Source: a virus. From it: DNA of 64,000 nucleotides. Positions 9,717 to 18,096 of this stretch are shown here, in pieces; positions within the stretch are counted from its first letter, which is position 1, and each line of letters begins with the position of its first letter. The DNA is taken from positions 22,752 through 86,751 of the IMG/VR virus record IMGVR_UViG_3300048921_000363. The stretch is one strand, 5' to 3'. The notes under the pieces were generated by a model. The model was not told the origin of the DNA. It did no database searches and saw only the letters and a program-made list of their open reading frames with translations. The translations under genes and the position numbers were made by a program.

Positions 9717-11744
9717 TCAGCGTCTCTTCAGATAACCGCTGGTGGAACTGCGGCGTTGAGGGGGTGCGGCTGGGCGTGTCTGCACGACCGGCGCGGCAGG
9801 TGGTGGTGGCGCGGCTTGAGCCTGTCGTACAGCAGCAGGCTCAGGCGTTTCCCCGTCGTCGACGCGCGCCCCCTGAACTGGCTTGATGCCGAGGGCATCG
9901 TCGAACAGACCAGACTGGGCCAGTGCCTGACGCACCCGGTCCCAGTCGTGTTCCTGGTAGCGGTTGATGCCGAGGTAATGGGCCATGGCCAGGCAGTACA
10001 CCATCAGGTCGAGCGCTTCGTTACGCTCGGCCTTACCCTTGACCCATTCGATGCGTTTGTGGCCGCGCACGTAGCGCACGACCTTGCGCTCGGCGACGCA
10101 CTGGGCAAAGAACTCGTCCGGCAGGTCATTGGCAAAGTGCAGCGATCCCGGGCCGTCCGGGAACGGATAGCGGTTGTAGATCCAGTCCTTTGCCGTGTCG
10201 GTGCCGACGAACCAGAGCTCGGCGCCGTTGCGTTCGGTCTGGCCTTTCCAGGTCACGTCGACCAGGGATGGGCGCTGTGCGATGACCGGCCTGCCCGGCT
10301 TGCTTGCGCCTTTGATGGCGAAAACGTTGCGCCAACGACGTACACGGCAGAACTGATAGACCTCGTCGGTGTGGTGACCGCCGGAGTCGACGCCAACGGC
10401 AAGGATGCCCAAGCCGACGCCGCAAGGATGCCGGTAGCGAGCCTTGAGTTTTTCGTCCAGTACGGACCAGGTGCGCTCGTCGGCTGGATCGCCCCAGATG
10501 ACCTGGTGATCGACCACCCAGCGCTCCATGCCGACGCCGAAGCCCATCACCATCATTTCCAGGCGGTTGGCCTGGACGTCGACGGCACCGGTCAGCATCA
10601 GCACACCGGCCGGCATCGCGCCGAGGGTGTAGGTCTCCTGCCGCGCCCGGGCGATCAGCACTTCCGCTTTGGTCTGTTCGAGCGCACTGTCCCAGACCTT
10701 GGCCAGACGGGTGTTGTAGAACACCTGCATCAAGCTCGTGTCGCCTTGGGCCTGGGCTTTTTTGGCGTCCTCGAATTCTTCGGCGAGCGAGGCCCAGTCC
10801 ATCCAGCCGGTCGGCGAGTAGAGGGAGTTGAGATGGAAGCCGACGGTCTTGCCGTCGCCGCTGCCATGGGCACGCCATTCACCTCGAGCAAGCATGTCGC
10901 TCTTGTGGTGTTCCTCGATCAGCACATCGCATTCAGGGCCTGCGCACTGGTAATGCACGGTGCTGTAGTCCTTGCTGTAGAGCAGGCGTTCCCATTCCAG
11001 CACCTGCATATGGCCGCAGGTGGGACATGGCACGTAGTAGTAACGCTGGTCACTGGAATCGAACAGGTCGGCGATTCGCGAGGCGCCCTTGATCGTCGGC
11101 GAGCTGGAGAAATAGATCTTGGCATTGCGACCGAAGTTGGTCGCCCGCGTCTCGGCCAGCTTGATGGGATCACCCTCCTGGCCGACATCATTCTCCCAAC
11201 GGTCAACTTCGTCGCCGTAGATGTAGCGTGCCGACAGCTCCGATAGGTTGGCCGCAGAACCGGCGGTGGTGACGTACAGCGCCCCCCCCTCGAATTCCTT
11301 GGTGTCCATCGTGTTGCGCGCATCCCGCGAACGGGTGGCCGCGACACGTTCGCGCAGAACAGGGGTGGCCTTGATAGTCTTGCTGATCCGCCCCGATACG
11401 CGCTTGGACAGGCCGAGGCTGGGCAGCAGCGCCAGGATGTTCGACGGCGCCATGTGGATCAGGCCGCCCATCCAGTTCAATGCGATCTGGGTTTTCATCA
11501 ACTGCGAGGCCACCATGGTGACCACGCGCCTGCAGGGATGAGCCGGCGACAGGCAACGCATTGGCTCGCGGGCGTAAGGTGTCCGTGAGGTGCGGTACTG
11601 GCCGGGCTCGGGGGCACCGGTGTCTCGCGGGATCCGCATGTACTCGTCGGCCCATTGATCGATCCAGAGATCTGGGTCGGGGCGCAGTCCACGGAAATAT
11701 GCCTCACGGTACACCTCTGCACCGTCAGGAAATTCCGTGTGCAT
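9717..11744 (-). CDS. Terminase large subunit (lambda gpA family)
   Basis: ASQLMKT, DEVD, SSPT, CPTC, VDVQ, VDSGG, RNEALD motifs. Confidence 0.96.
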   Translation of the reverse strand: MHTEFPDGAEVYREAYFRGLRPDPDLWIDQWADEYMRIPRDTGAPEPGQYRTSRTPYAREPMRCLSPAHPCRRVVTMVASQLMKTQIALNWMGGLIHMAPSNILALLPSLGLSKRVSGRISKTIKATPVLRERVAATRSRDARNTMDTKEFEGGALYVTTAGSAANLSELSARYIYGDEVDRWENDVGQEGDPIKLAETRATNFGRNAKIYFSSSPTIKGASRIADLFDSSDQRYYYVPCPTCGHMQVLEWERLLYSKDYSTVHYQCAGPECDVLIEEHHKSDMLARGEWRAHGSGDGKTVGFHLNSLYSPTGWMDWASLAEEFEDAKKAQAQGDTSLMQVFYNTRLAKVWDSALEQTKAEVLIARARQETYTLGAMPAGVLMLTGAVDVQANRLEMMVMGFGVGMERWVVDHQVIWGDPADERTWSVLDEKLKARYRHPCGVGLGILAVGVDSGGHHTDEVYQFCRVRRWRNVFAIKGASKPGRPVIAQRPSLVDVTWKGQTERNGAELWFVGTDTAKDWIYNRYPFPDGPGSLHFANDLPDEFFAQCVAERKVVRYVRGHKRIEWVKGKAERNEALDLMVYCLAMAHYLGINRYQEHDWDRVRQALAQSGLFDDALGIKPVQGARVDDGETPEPAAVRQAQAAPPPPAAPVVQTRPAAPPQRRSSTSGYLKRR

Positions 11745-11748
11745 GGGT

Positions 11749-12351
11749 TCAGTCCGTTGTCATGGCGTGTTCAAGGTCGGCTGAAGAGAGGCGCTCGGCT
11801 TCTTCCAGCGTTCGACGGAAGGTGGCCGTCAGGTGTTTTTCGATCAGCCAGGGATCGGTCATAGCCGCGAGATCGTGGGACAGTTGCGGCAACGGGCCGA
11901 ACAACTGGTCGCGCAGCAAACGGCCGGCGTTGTAGGCACCGGTCTCGACCGCTTCCTTGGAGACCAGTGCGCCCTGGGCTTTGCCCAGCTCAATCTCGGC
12001 CAGCTTGGCCATGTTGTGTTCGCGCAGGGCGCGGGCTTTCTGGAAGTCGGGCAGCTTGCCGTCGCCGGTGATCACCTGCGGCGGCGCAGCCGTGGAAGTC
12101 GGCTCGACGGAAGTGGACAGTTGGCTGTACACGTCGCGCTGAATCCGGTCTTGTTGGTGTCGCTCGGCGACGGCGGCTTTGCTTGGGTCAGCGGTGTCGC
12201 GAATCAGCGCTTCGCTGGCCGGCACGTCCACCAGTTTTCCGTCCGGCGACAGCACCAGGCGGTTGTTGTTCTTCAACCAGGTGATGTAGCTCGGCGCCCT
12301 GCCGATCCGCGCCGCGAAGGCGCTTTTCGACAGGTAAGTTGGTTCTGTCAT
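11749..12351 (-). CDS. Terminase small subunit (Nu1-like)
   Basis: N-terminal HTH-like SKSAFAARIG, FQKARALRE...GALV; directly upstream of the large subunit. Confidence 0.85.
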   Translation of the reverse strand: MTEPTYLSKSAFAARIGRAPSYITWLKNNNRLVLSPDGKLVDVPASEALIRDTADPSKAAVAERHQQDRIQRDVYSQLSTSVEPTSTAAPPQVITGDGKLPDFQKARALREHNMAKLAEIELGKAQGALVSKEAVETGAYNAGRLLRDQLFGPLPQLSHDLAAMTDPWLIEKHLTATFRRTLEEAERLSSADLEHAMTTD

Positions 12352-12359
12352 AAGCCCTC

Positions 12360-12510
12360 CTTTCAACGGCTTTTCAATGCAGACCTTTAAATTTCAATGG
12401 ATTGAATTTCAGTAAGCTGGGGGCGCTCCCGCTAACACTTTCCCGCGGGTTTCCGACCCCGTGTCCTTCAGATACCCCTAGGGTCCCCGGCGGTTTTCGG
12501 CGCACCAGAT
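12360..12510. other. Putative cos/packaging region of prophage 1
   Basis: Non-coding gap upstream of the small terminase gene with repeated TTTCAA (12361, 12372, 12392) and a GC-rich CCCCTAGGG(T)CCCC element; position matches lambda cos. Confidence 0.45.
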
Positions 12511-12517
12511 CGGTGCA

Positions 12518-12862
12518 TCACCCCTGCTCGCCCCCGGCCGGCGGGACTTCGCAGACGCCCAGCCGTTTGGCGGCCCAGCGTTCGTACAACCCGATGGCCA
12601 CATCGGCACCGGCCATTGCCGTCAGGCAACCCAAGGCGCCCGCCGTCCAGATCGACATGCCAGCGGCGATCATCAACATCATCGCCGACACCCCGCAGAC
12701 AATGCAGGCCCCGGACCGAAGCGCGAGGCGGCGCATCAACGCCCAGCCCCGCGCCCCATCCTTGTCGGCCCGCCACATCTCCCCCGATACGCCGCCGACT
12801 AAAGCCAGGACGATCACTAACCAGATCGGCATCTCTGCCAGCGCTTGTTGCTCGTTTGTCAT
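12518..12862 (-). CDS. Phage holin
   Basis: 114 aa with about three hydrophobic segments; first gene of the late operon. Confidence 0.75.
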   Translation of the reverse strand: MTNEQQALAEMPIWLVIVLALVGGVSGEMWRADKDGARGWALMRRLALRSGACIVCGVSAMMLMIAAGMSIWTAGALGCLTAMAGADVAIGLYERWAAKRLGVCEVPPAGGEQG

Positions 12863-12879
12863 CGCCAACCCCTAAACGC

Positions 12880-12905
12880 AAAAACCCGGCGCAATGGCCG
12901 GGTTT
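12880..12905 (-). terminator. Intrinsic terminator in the late leader
   Basis: AAACCCGGC/GCCGGGTTT stem with a T-run just before the holin start. Confidence 0.65.
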
Positions 12906-13094
12906 GGTGGTGTGGTGTCTGCCGCTCTCTGCGGTCGCACCTATCGAAGATGACTACTTTTTACAGGTCGATTCCGGTGGCAGCAACCCCGGTTTAATGC
13001 CACCCGGCGAATAAGTGGGTAACACCGGGTGAACGCCTAGCGAATGTCGGCGAATATCCCACCCCGGCATTCTGCTGTTTCGGCGGCGCCCCAT

Positions 13095-13365
13095 CTGTCC
13101 CACCATTCAGAATCGAAGTGGGACGTCTGAGAGCGCCTAAATCAGGGGCTTTGCCCCACTGTCCTACTTATCTCTCTCCTTTCTCGTGTAAAGGAAGAAT
13201 CTTAAAGAACACGCGTGCGCGTGAAACGCGCGTATTGCTGCCCGCTACGCTTACACGGGCGGGAGTCACTTTGTAGCGGGACGGTGGGACAGCCCAACAA
13301 CGACAAGGCCAGCACCTGTCCCACTGCATCAAAATGCAGCGGGACAAGACGGGCCAGCGGGACAT
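13095..13365. repeat. G(T/C)GGGAC iteron cluster, putative replication origin of prophage 1
   Basis: GTCCCAC at 13097 and 13318; GTGGGAC at 13118 and 13284; GCGGGAC at 13276, 13339 and 13357; downstream of the primase-helicase operon. Confidence 0.55.
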
Positions 13366-13389
13366 CAACAGCCGGACGAACGCCTGGGA

Positions 13390-13764
13390 TCACGCAGCCA
13401 ACCCCATCATCACGCCGAAGATCTGCAGGTGGGCGTCATGCAGACGCTGGTAGTACGTATCGCGGCCGCAACCGCAGTGCGCGTACCGCAAGCGCATATC
13501 AATATCGAGCGTGCAGTAATGTTCCCGCACAACCGTCACCAGCTCGGGCGCTAGATGCTTGGTCACGATCAACTCGATGTCGAGGGAACTCTCCAGCGGC
13601 GCACGAAAGGCCCGCCGCCCACGGATCAGTTGCCCATTGCTCTCCATCATCATGGCAACCATGTTCCCCCCAGCAAGCCCCCCTTTCGAATGTTCAGAAT
13701 GCAGCTCCTGCGCCCACAACCGAAGCAGCGAATCGATCTCCTTAATCAAAGCAAGGCTCCTCAA
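13390..13764 (-). CDS. Hypothetical protein, possible Q-like late antiterminator
   Basis: Lies between replication and late genes; LRLWA N-terminus and HTH-like C-terminus; the late operon contains internal terminators; start uncertain. Confidence 0.5.
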   Translation of the reverse strand: MRSLALIKEIDSLLRLWAQELHSEHSKGGLAGGNMVAMMMESNGQLIRGRRAFRAPLESSLDIELIVTKHLAPELVTVVREHYCTLDIDMRLRYAHCGCGRDTYYQRLHDAHLQIFGVMMGLAA

Positions 13765-15958
13765 TCGGTTCCCGCTTCAACGCCGAAGCACTGCCCCACC
13801 CTGCTGGCTTCTTATAAGCCCACGGCCGCTGACCACTCTTCACCAACGGCGGCAACCGAACACGACGCCATCCCAAGCGATGCATGATCGCTCCGACGCG
13901 CATCTGCTCCGGCTTGCCCCAATGCCCGAAGTCCAACTTCAACGCACTAGTCAGCACTTCGCTGCCGGTGGTGGTCTCGCCAATCTGCGACTCTTCCAGC
14001 CAGGTCAGAATCGGCCCTTCCCACTCGTCTACCACAAAGCGCTCGTCCTGCTCTTCGCCGAACATCGCCGCTTCATCCAGCGTCACCCACCAGATGTCGC
14101 CCGCGTCGTAACAGAACACTGCTTCAGCCCAGAGCTGATCGCGGATCGAACGCAACAGCTCCAAATCCACCTTGGTACACGCCACCGGCCAGTACCGTCG
14201 GTTACCGGTCGCGTCCTTCAGGTACTCGTCCTGGTTCGTCGTCCCCACGAACACGCACTGACGCGGCACATCCATCGTGCGACGGCCGTAGCTCTCGCGG
14301 TAGGTATCGGTCGACGCCGAGAAAAACTGCTTGGCCTTGGTACTCTCGGCCTTGTTGAAGCTGTCCAGCTCGCCCAGCTCGACGATCCACTTGCCCCGGA
14401 TCGCCTGAAAGCCATCCTTGTCGCCCAGGGCGAACGGCGTATCCATAAACCATTCGCCGCCGAGGATGCTCATCGCCGTGGACTTACCGGCGCCCTGCGC
14501 ACCCTCAAGAATCATCACCGAGTCAGCCTTGCAGCCCGGCTTCATCACCCGTGCCACGCCCGACAACATCCAGCGCTTACCGACCTTGCTCGAGTAATCG
14601 GTAGCATTCACGCCCATGACATCCGTGAGCCAGCTTTCCAGGCGCGGCACGCGATCCCACTCAAGCTTGCGCAGGTACTGCCGCACCGGATGAAACGCGT
14701 GATCATGCGCGACCACGCTCACCGCCTCGATCACATGCGATGCCTTCACCCGCAAGTTGTACTGCTGCGCGAGCCACTTCATTACCCGCACATCATCGAT
14801 GTCCGCCCAATCGCCCGTGCCGCCGCCATACGGCGCCGCACGCAGCTTCACGATCTTCGAACTGAACGCGCTGTAACTGATCACACCGGCCCAGCGTTCA
14901 TCATTGGCTAGGATCAGCTCGACGTTCTGCATGTGCGCAATCAACGCACCGCTTTCACTTCGAGCCAGCATGTCCTTCCAGCCACCAGCGGCCGGCGGCT
15001 TGACCACGGCCAGCACCTGACGGCGCACAGCCTCCAAACCTTCGGCAACATGCAGGTCGTTGAAGTCGGTCCACTTGATCTCCCGCTCACCGGAAAAGAT
15101 CGGCGCGACCACCTGGCCACCGACGATCAGCGCCGCGTTGCTAGCCTTCTCCTCACCAGGGTTCCAGGCATCGCCGTTCGGCTTCGTGGTCTTCCAGTCA
15201 TCGTCCCGACAGATGATCAACGGGCAGCCGGCGAACCGCTCGCGCATCGCCTTGCAAACCACCAGCAGGTTACCGGCGTCAAACGCGATGGACACGGTCA
15301 GCGACGTCGCCATATGCAGGCTAGCGCCGGTGGCGTAGCCTTCACACACCAGCACCGGCTCACCCGGATCCGGATGCGGCCCGATCAGATGAAAGGCGCC
15401 CTCCTTCGACATCCCATAGGGCCAGTACGTCTTGTCGCGACCGGTGTCTTCTTGTTTGGTTGGGTACACCACCTGCAGGCCGACAATCTCGTCGCGCACG
15501 TTGCACATCGGCACCAGGAACGCACCGGTGCGCGGCGCATACCGAACACCAATACCGACGATCTGCTTACGATCCAGATAGTCGCTCCGGCCCTTCTCCG
15601 GCATGCGCTTGAACATGCCCGCCGCACGCTTGGCCGCACGACGCGCTGCACTGGCAGCGATCTCGGCAGCCCGGCGCTTTGCCTCTTCCTGCCGAGCGCG
15701 CATGACCTCACGCTCTTCCGGCGACATCCGCCCGGCCTTGACCTTGATCTTCTGCGATTCACCCGAACGCCAGTCACCGAACGCGCCGAAAATCAGCGTC
15801 TCACCTTTCTCGGTGCGGTGCTCGTGGACGATGTACCAGCCGTTCTTTTCCTTGCCCTTGTCCTGCGCTGTTTTGCACCGGGTCAGCTTGCCAAACACCA
15901 GCGGCTGCGCAGGCTCCAGACCGTAATCCGCGAATTGCCCCAACACTTCATCGAGCAT
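13742..15958 (-). CDS. Primase-helicase (Toprim plus VapE/VirE helicase)
   Basis: Toprim CEGYATG, DDD, TDFND; Walker A GAQGAGKS; GTTN...GNRRYWPV. Confidence 0.92.
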   Translation of the reverse strand: MLDEVLGQFADYGLEPAQPLVFGKLTRCKTAQDKGKEKNGWYIVHEHRTEKGETLIFGAFGDWRSGESQKIKVKAGRMSPEEREVMRARQEEAKRRAAEIAASAARRAAKRAAGMFKRMPEKGRSDYLDRKQIVGIGVRYAPRTGAFLVPMCNVRDEIVGLQVVYPTKQEDTGRDKTYWPYGMSKEGAFHLIGPHPDPGEPVLVCEGYATGASLHMATSLTVSIAFDAGNLLVVCKAMRERFAGCPLIICRDDDWKTTKPNGDAWNPGEEKASNAALIVGGQVVAPIFSGEREIKWTDFNDLHVAEGLEAVRRQVLAVVKPPAAGGWKDMLARSESGALIAHMQNVELILANDERWAGVISYSAFSSKIVKLRAAPYGGGTGDWADIDDVRVMKWLAQQYNLRVKASHVIEAVSVVAHDHAFHPVRQYLRKLEWDRVPRLESWLTDVMGVNATDYSSKVGKRWMLSGVARVMKPGCKADSVMILEGAQGAGKSTAMSILGGEWFMDTPFALGDKDGFQAIRGKWIVELGELDSFNKAESTKAKQFFSASTDTYRESYGRRTMDVPRQCVFVGTTNQDEYLKDATGNRRYWPVACTKVDLELLRSIRDQLWAEAVFCYDAGDIWWVTLDEAAMFGEEQDERFVVDEWEGPILTWLEESQIGETTTGSEVLTSALKLDFGHWGKPEQMRVGAIMHRLGWRRVRLPPLVKSGQRPWAYKKPAGWGSASALKREPIEEPCFD

Positions 15959-16178
15959 GGCGAGCCCCTCTCAATTCCACGAGAGAAAGGCACCCAACGC
16001 ACTGCGTGCAGCCGGGTTGCGCCAAGCGACGAGCCTCAGAGATCGGGTCATCACACGTTTCGCAAAACAGAAACGAATGCGCCGCCAAGGCAGGCTTGGC
16101 GGAGAGAAGGCGTGCAGCAAGCGCTTGATCGATACGCTCTTGCACCAGGTCATTAGCAAAGTCAGCAATGTCAGCCAC
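15948..16178 (-). CDS. TraR/DksA C4 zinc-finger protein
   Basis: ADIADFAND...CETCDDPISEARRLAQPGCTQCVGC; GTG start at 16178. Confidence 0.9.
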   Translation of the reverse strand: MADIADFANDLVQERIDQALAARLLSAKPALAAHSFLFCETCDDPISEARRLAQPGCTQCVGCLSLVELRGARHAR

Positions 16179-16689
16179 GATCAACACCCCGCGTTGTCTG
16201 GTTGACATACGTGGCGCGGTTGAACATCCCCAGCAGCCCCTGAATCCCACGAAACACCTGCAGACGAATCGCGGCGAGTTCCTCATCAGTAACGACACCG
16301 TCACCAATGCTCTTAGCCCAGGTATCCGCCAGATCTGCCACCTGCCGGAAGTAATCCGCAATGCCGGTGGTCAATGTCTCGGGCATGTCATTGGTGTACG
16401 CCTCAGCCAGCTCCTGCCAGGTCGTGTCACCGACCAACGCATGCACCGCATCCAAAATGCGGCGATCCTTGGTCAACTCCAGAATCTCGCCGAACTCTTG
16501 AATGTTCACCGTATGGCTAGGGTGGGTTGGGGAAAGTTTGTGCTGCAGAGTGGTCGCATTCCGGCCGGTGGTGGCGGCGATGGCAGCTGCACCGCCGGGG
16601 TAGTCCCGGGCGGCATGGTAAAGCGCAAGATCGAGCGGCAAAACTTCCCGCTGCGCCCGGTCTAGAGAGCTCAGAATGATACGGCTCAT
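16171..16689 (-). CDS. Phage regulatory protein, CII-like
   Basis: YPGGAAAIA...TLQHKLSP...DGVVTDEE; downstream of cro. Confidence 0.8.
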   Translation of the reverse strand: MSRIILSSLDRAQREVLPLDLALYHAARDYPGGAAAIAATTGRNATTLQHKLSPTHPSHTVNIQEFGEILELTKDRRILDAVHALVGDTTWQELAEAYTNDMPETLTTGIADYFRQVADLADTWAKSIGDGVVTDEELAAIRLQVFRGIQGLLGMFNRATYVNQTTRGVDRG

Positions 16690-16734
16690 GGCATTAATCC
16701 TTGTAAGTTGCCAGTGCCGCGCGACATGCAGTGG

Positions 16735-16743
16735 TGATACATT
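16735..16743 (+). promoter_or_regulatory. Extended -10 promoter candidate
   Basis: TGATACATT matches TGnTAnnnT, pointing into the cII-cro gap. Confidence 0.5.
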
Positions 16744-16749
16744 TGCCGC

Positions 16750-17016
16750 GTGGCTTGAAAGGGCCCAAACGCCGGCTAGATCTTCGGGATCGATACCGGC
16801 ACCGTGCCGGGGCGAACAATCCGTTGCTCACCCCTGGCGCAACAGCTGCCCAATCTGTGGTGGAAAAGGCAGCAACACCAAGGCTTCCGAGCCTTGGAAA
16901 AGCGCGATAACGGGAGGTAGTTGCATGTGGTGTGCCCGCCTACCTTTATCGCGACCCGACAGCGCTGTGGTGGTGCGTGCCGGGAGGAACTGGGCGGCCC
17001 TTGGGTCGCCTTTTTT
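16750..17016 (+). ncRNA. Candidate multi-hairpin small RNA with three UGUGGUG loops
   Basis: About six consecutive stem-loops between an extended -10 and an intrinsic terminator; TGTGGTG at 16856, 16926 and 16966, each in a loop. Confidence 0.6.
16993..17016 (+). terminator. Intrinsic terminator
   Basis: GGCGGCC-CTTG-GGTCGCC followed by TTTTTT; the G-U pair and T-run define the + strand. Confidence 0.75.
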
Positions 17017-17020
17017 CTAT

Positions 17021-17293
17021 CTACGCTGCAGCTTTCTGAGGAGCTGATGAGTTCAACAGCCAAGCAGCTTGAAAAGCATTGCCTTTCCGCTCTGCGGCAC
17101 TAGCCAAAAGCTCAGCGTATTTGGTTTCACCGGTGTAATCCGTTCGCGGCAGGCATCCAGCCTGACGCCATTTGTTCAGAGCTTGATAGCTTCGATTGCA
17201 TATTTTGGCGGCGGCCCCAATGCCACCTACTGCTTCAAAGGCATACGCAATCGCGCTCGGAAAATCTGCGGGGTCCAACATGACAGCCTCCAT
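17021..17293 (-). CDS. Cro-like HTH regulator
   Basis: GGIGAAAKICNRSYQALNKW HTH; divergent from the repressor. Confidence 0.85.
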   Translation of the reverse strand: MEAVMLDPADFPSAIAYAFEAVGGIGAAAKICNRSYQALNKWRQAGCLPRTDYTGETKYAELLASAAERKGNAFQAAWLLNSSAPQKAAA

Positions 17294-17295
17294 TT

Positions 17296-17369
17296 ATCAA
17301 CTTACGGTTGATGTTATAGATCAACTGACTATTGCGCAACCTTTATGAGACTCTCAACTCATGGTTGAT
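17296..17369. promoter_or_regulatory. OR-like operators (ATCAAC-N5-GTTGAT)
   Basis: ATCAACTTACGGTTGAT 17296-17312; degenerate copy 17320-17336; CTCAACTCATGGTTGAT 17353-17369 spanning the cI start codon. Confidence 0.75.
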
Positions 17370-18092
17370 AAAAATTCTCTCCGCGCAGCTTTCAGCGAGC
17401 GCCTACACGAAGCTCTCGACGATTCCGACGTACGCAGCCGGGGTCGTGGAGTGGACATCCATCGACAGTTGAAAAGCATGGGAGTTGAGAAAACCACTCA
17501 AGCAATCAGCAAATGGCTAAACGGTGAGGCAATCGCAGAGGCCGACAGCATGTCCGCGCTTTGCTCTTGGTTGAAGGTTCGGCGCGAGTGGCTGGAGTAC
17601 GGAGTACTACCAAAACACCAGTCTGAAGAGAGCAATGTCCACAGGATAACCGCCGATGACAGAAGCAATGTAAGCGAGGTCAATCAGCGTTTTGGCAAGG
17701 TCCCGTTGATTTCGTGGGTCCAGGCAGGCGCGTGGTGTGAAGCGATTTCAAATTTTGAATCTTACGATGCGGATTCTTGGCTGTCTTGCCCTGTCCAGAT
17801 AAGCAGTCATGGGTATGCGTTGAAAGTCCTTGGTGACTCAATGACGAACCCCGGTTCGGGTCGTAGTTATCCAGCTGGATGCATAATCTTTGTTGATCCA
17901 GAGGCCGAAACTAGAACCGGGGACCGTGTGATTGCAAGTCTACCAAGAACCAATGAAGCAACATTTAAGGTCCTAGTAGAAGATGCCGGCTTTCAATATC
18001 TAAAACCGATAAATCCGCAGTATCCGATAATTGAAATTACGGAAGAGACACATATCTGCGGGAAAGTTGTCGGTGCTTTCATTCCGGAGTAA
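17361..18092 (+). CDS. CI-like repressor with S24 peptidase domain
   Basis: HTH TTQAISKWLNG; cleavage site VQAG; catalytic GDSM and TFK. Confidence 0.95.
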   Translation: MVDKNSLRAAFSERLHEALDDSDVRSRGRGVDIHRQLKSMGVEKTTQAISKWLNGEAIAEADSMSALCSWLKVRREWLEYGVLPKHQSEESNVHRITADDRSNVSEVNQRFGKVPLISWVQAGAWCEAISNFESYDADSWLSCPVQISSHGYALKVLGDSMTNPGSGRSYPAGCIIFVDPEAETRTGDRVIASLPRTNEATFKVLVEDAGFQYLKPINPQYPIIEITEETHICGKVVGAFIPE

Positions 18093-18096
18093 CTAT

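Noticed and set aside
9756-11246. 496-aa + strand ORF
   Set aside because: Antisense shadow of the terminase gene in GC-rich DNA; no motifs
13559-16156. 450-aa and 407-aa + strand ORFs
   Set aside because: Antisense to the primase-helicase gene
16845-16873. GCTGCC...GGCAGC stem resembling a type I-F CRISPR repeat hairpin (possible RNA anti-CRISPR)
   Set aside because: The loop is long, not a pentaloop, and the GTTCA/TAAGAAA flanks are missing
16776-17103. Short ORFs in the cro-cII gap
   Set aside because: No RBS or protein-like composition; the hairpin structure explains the region better
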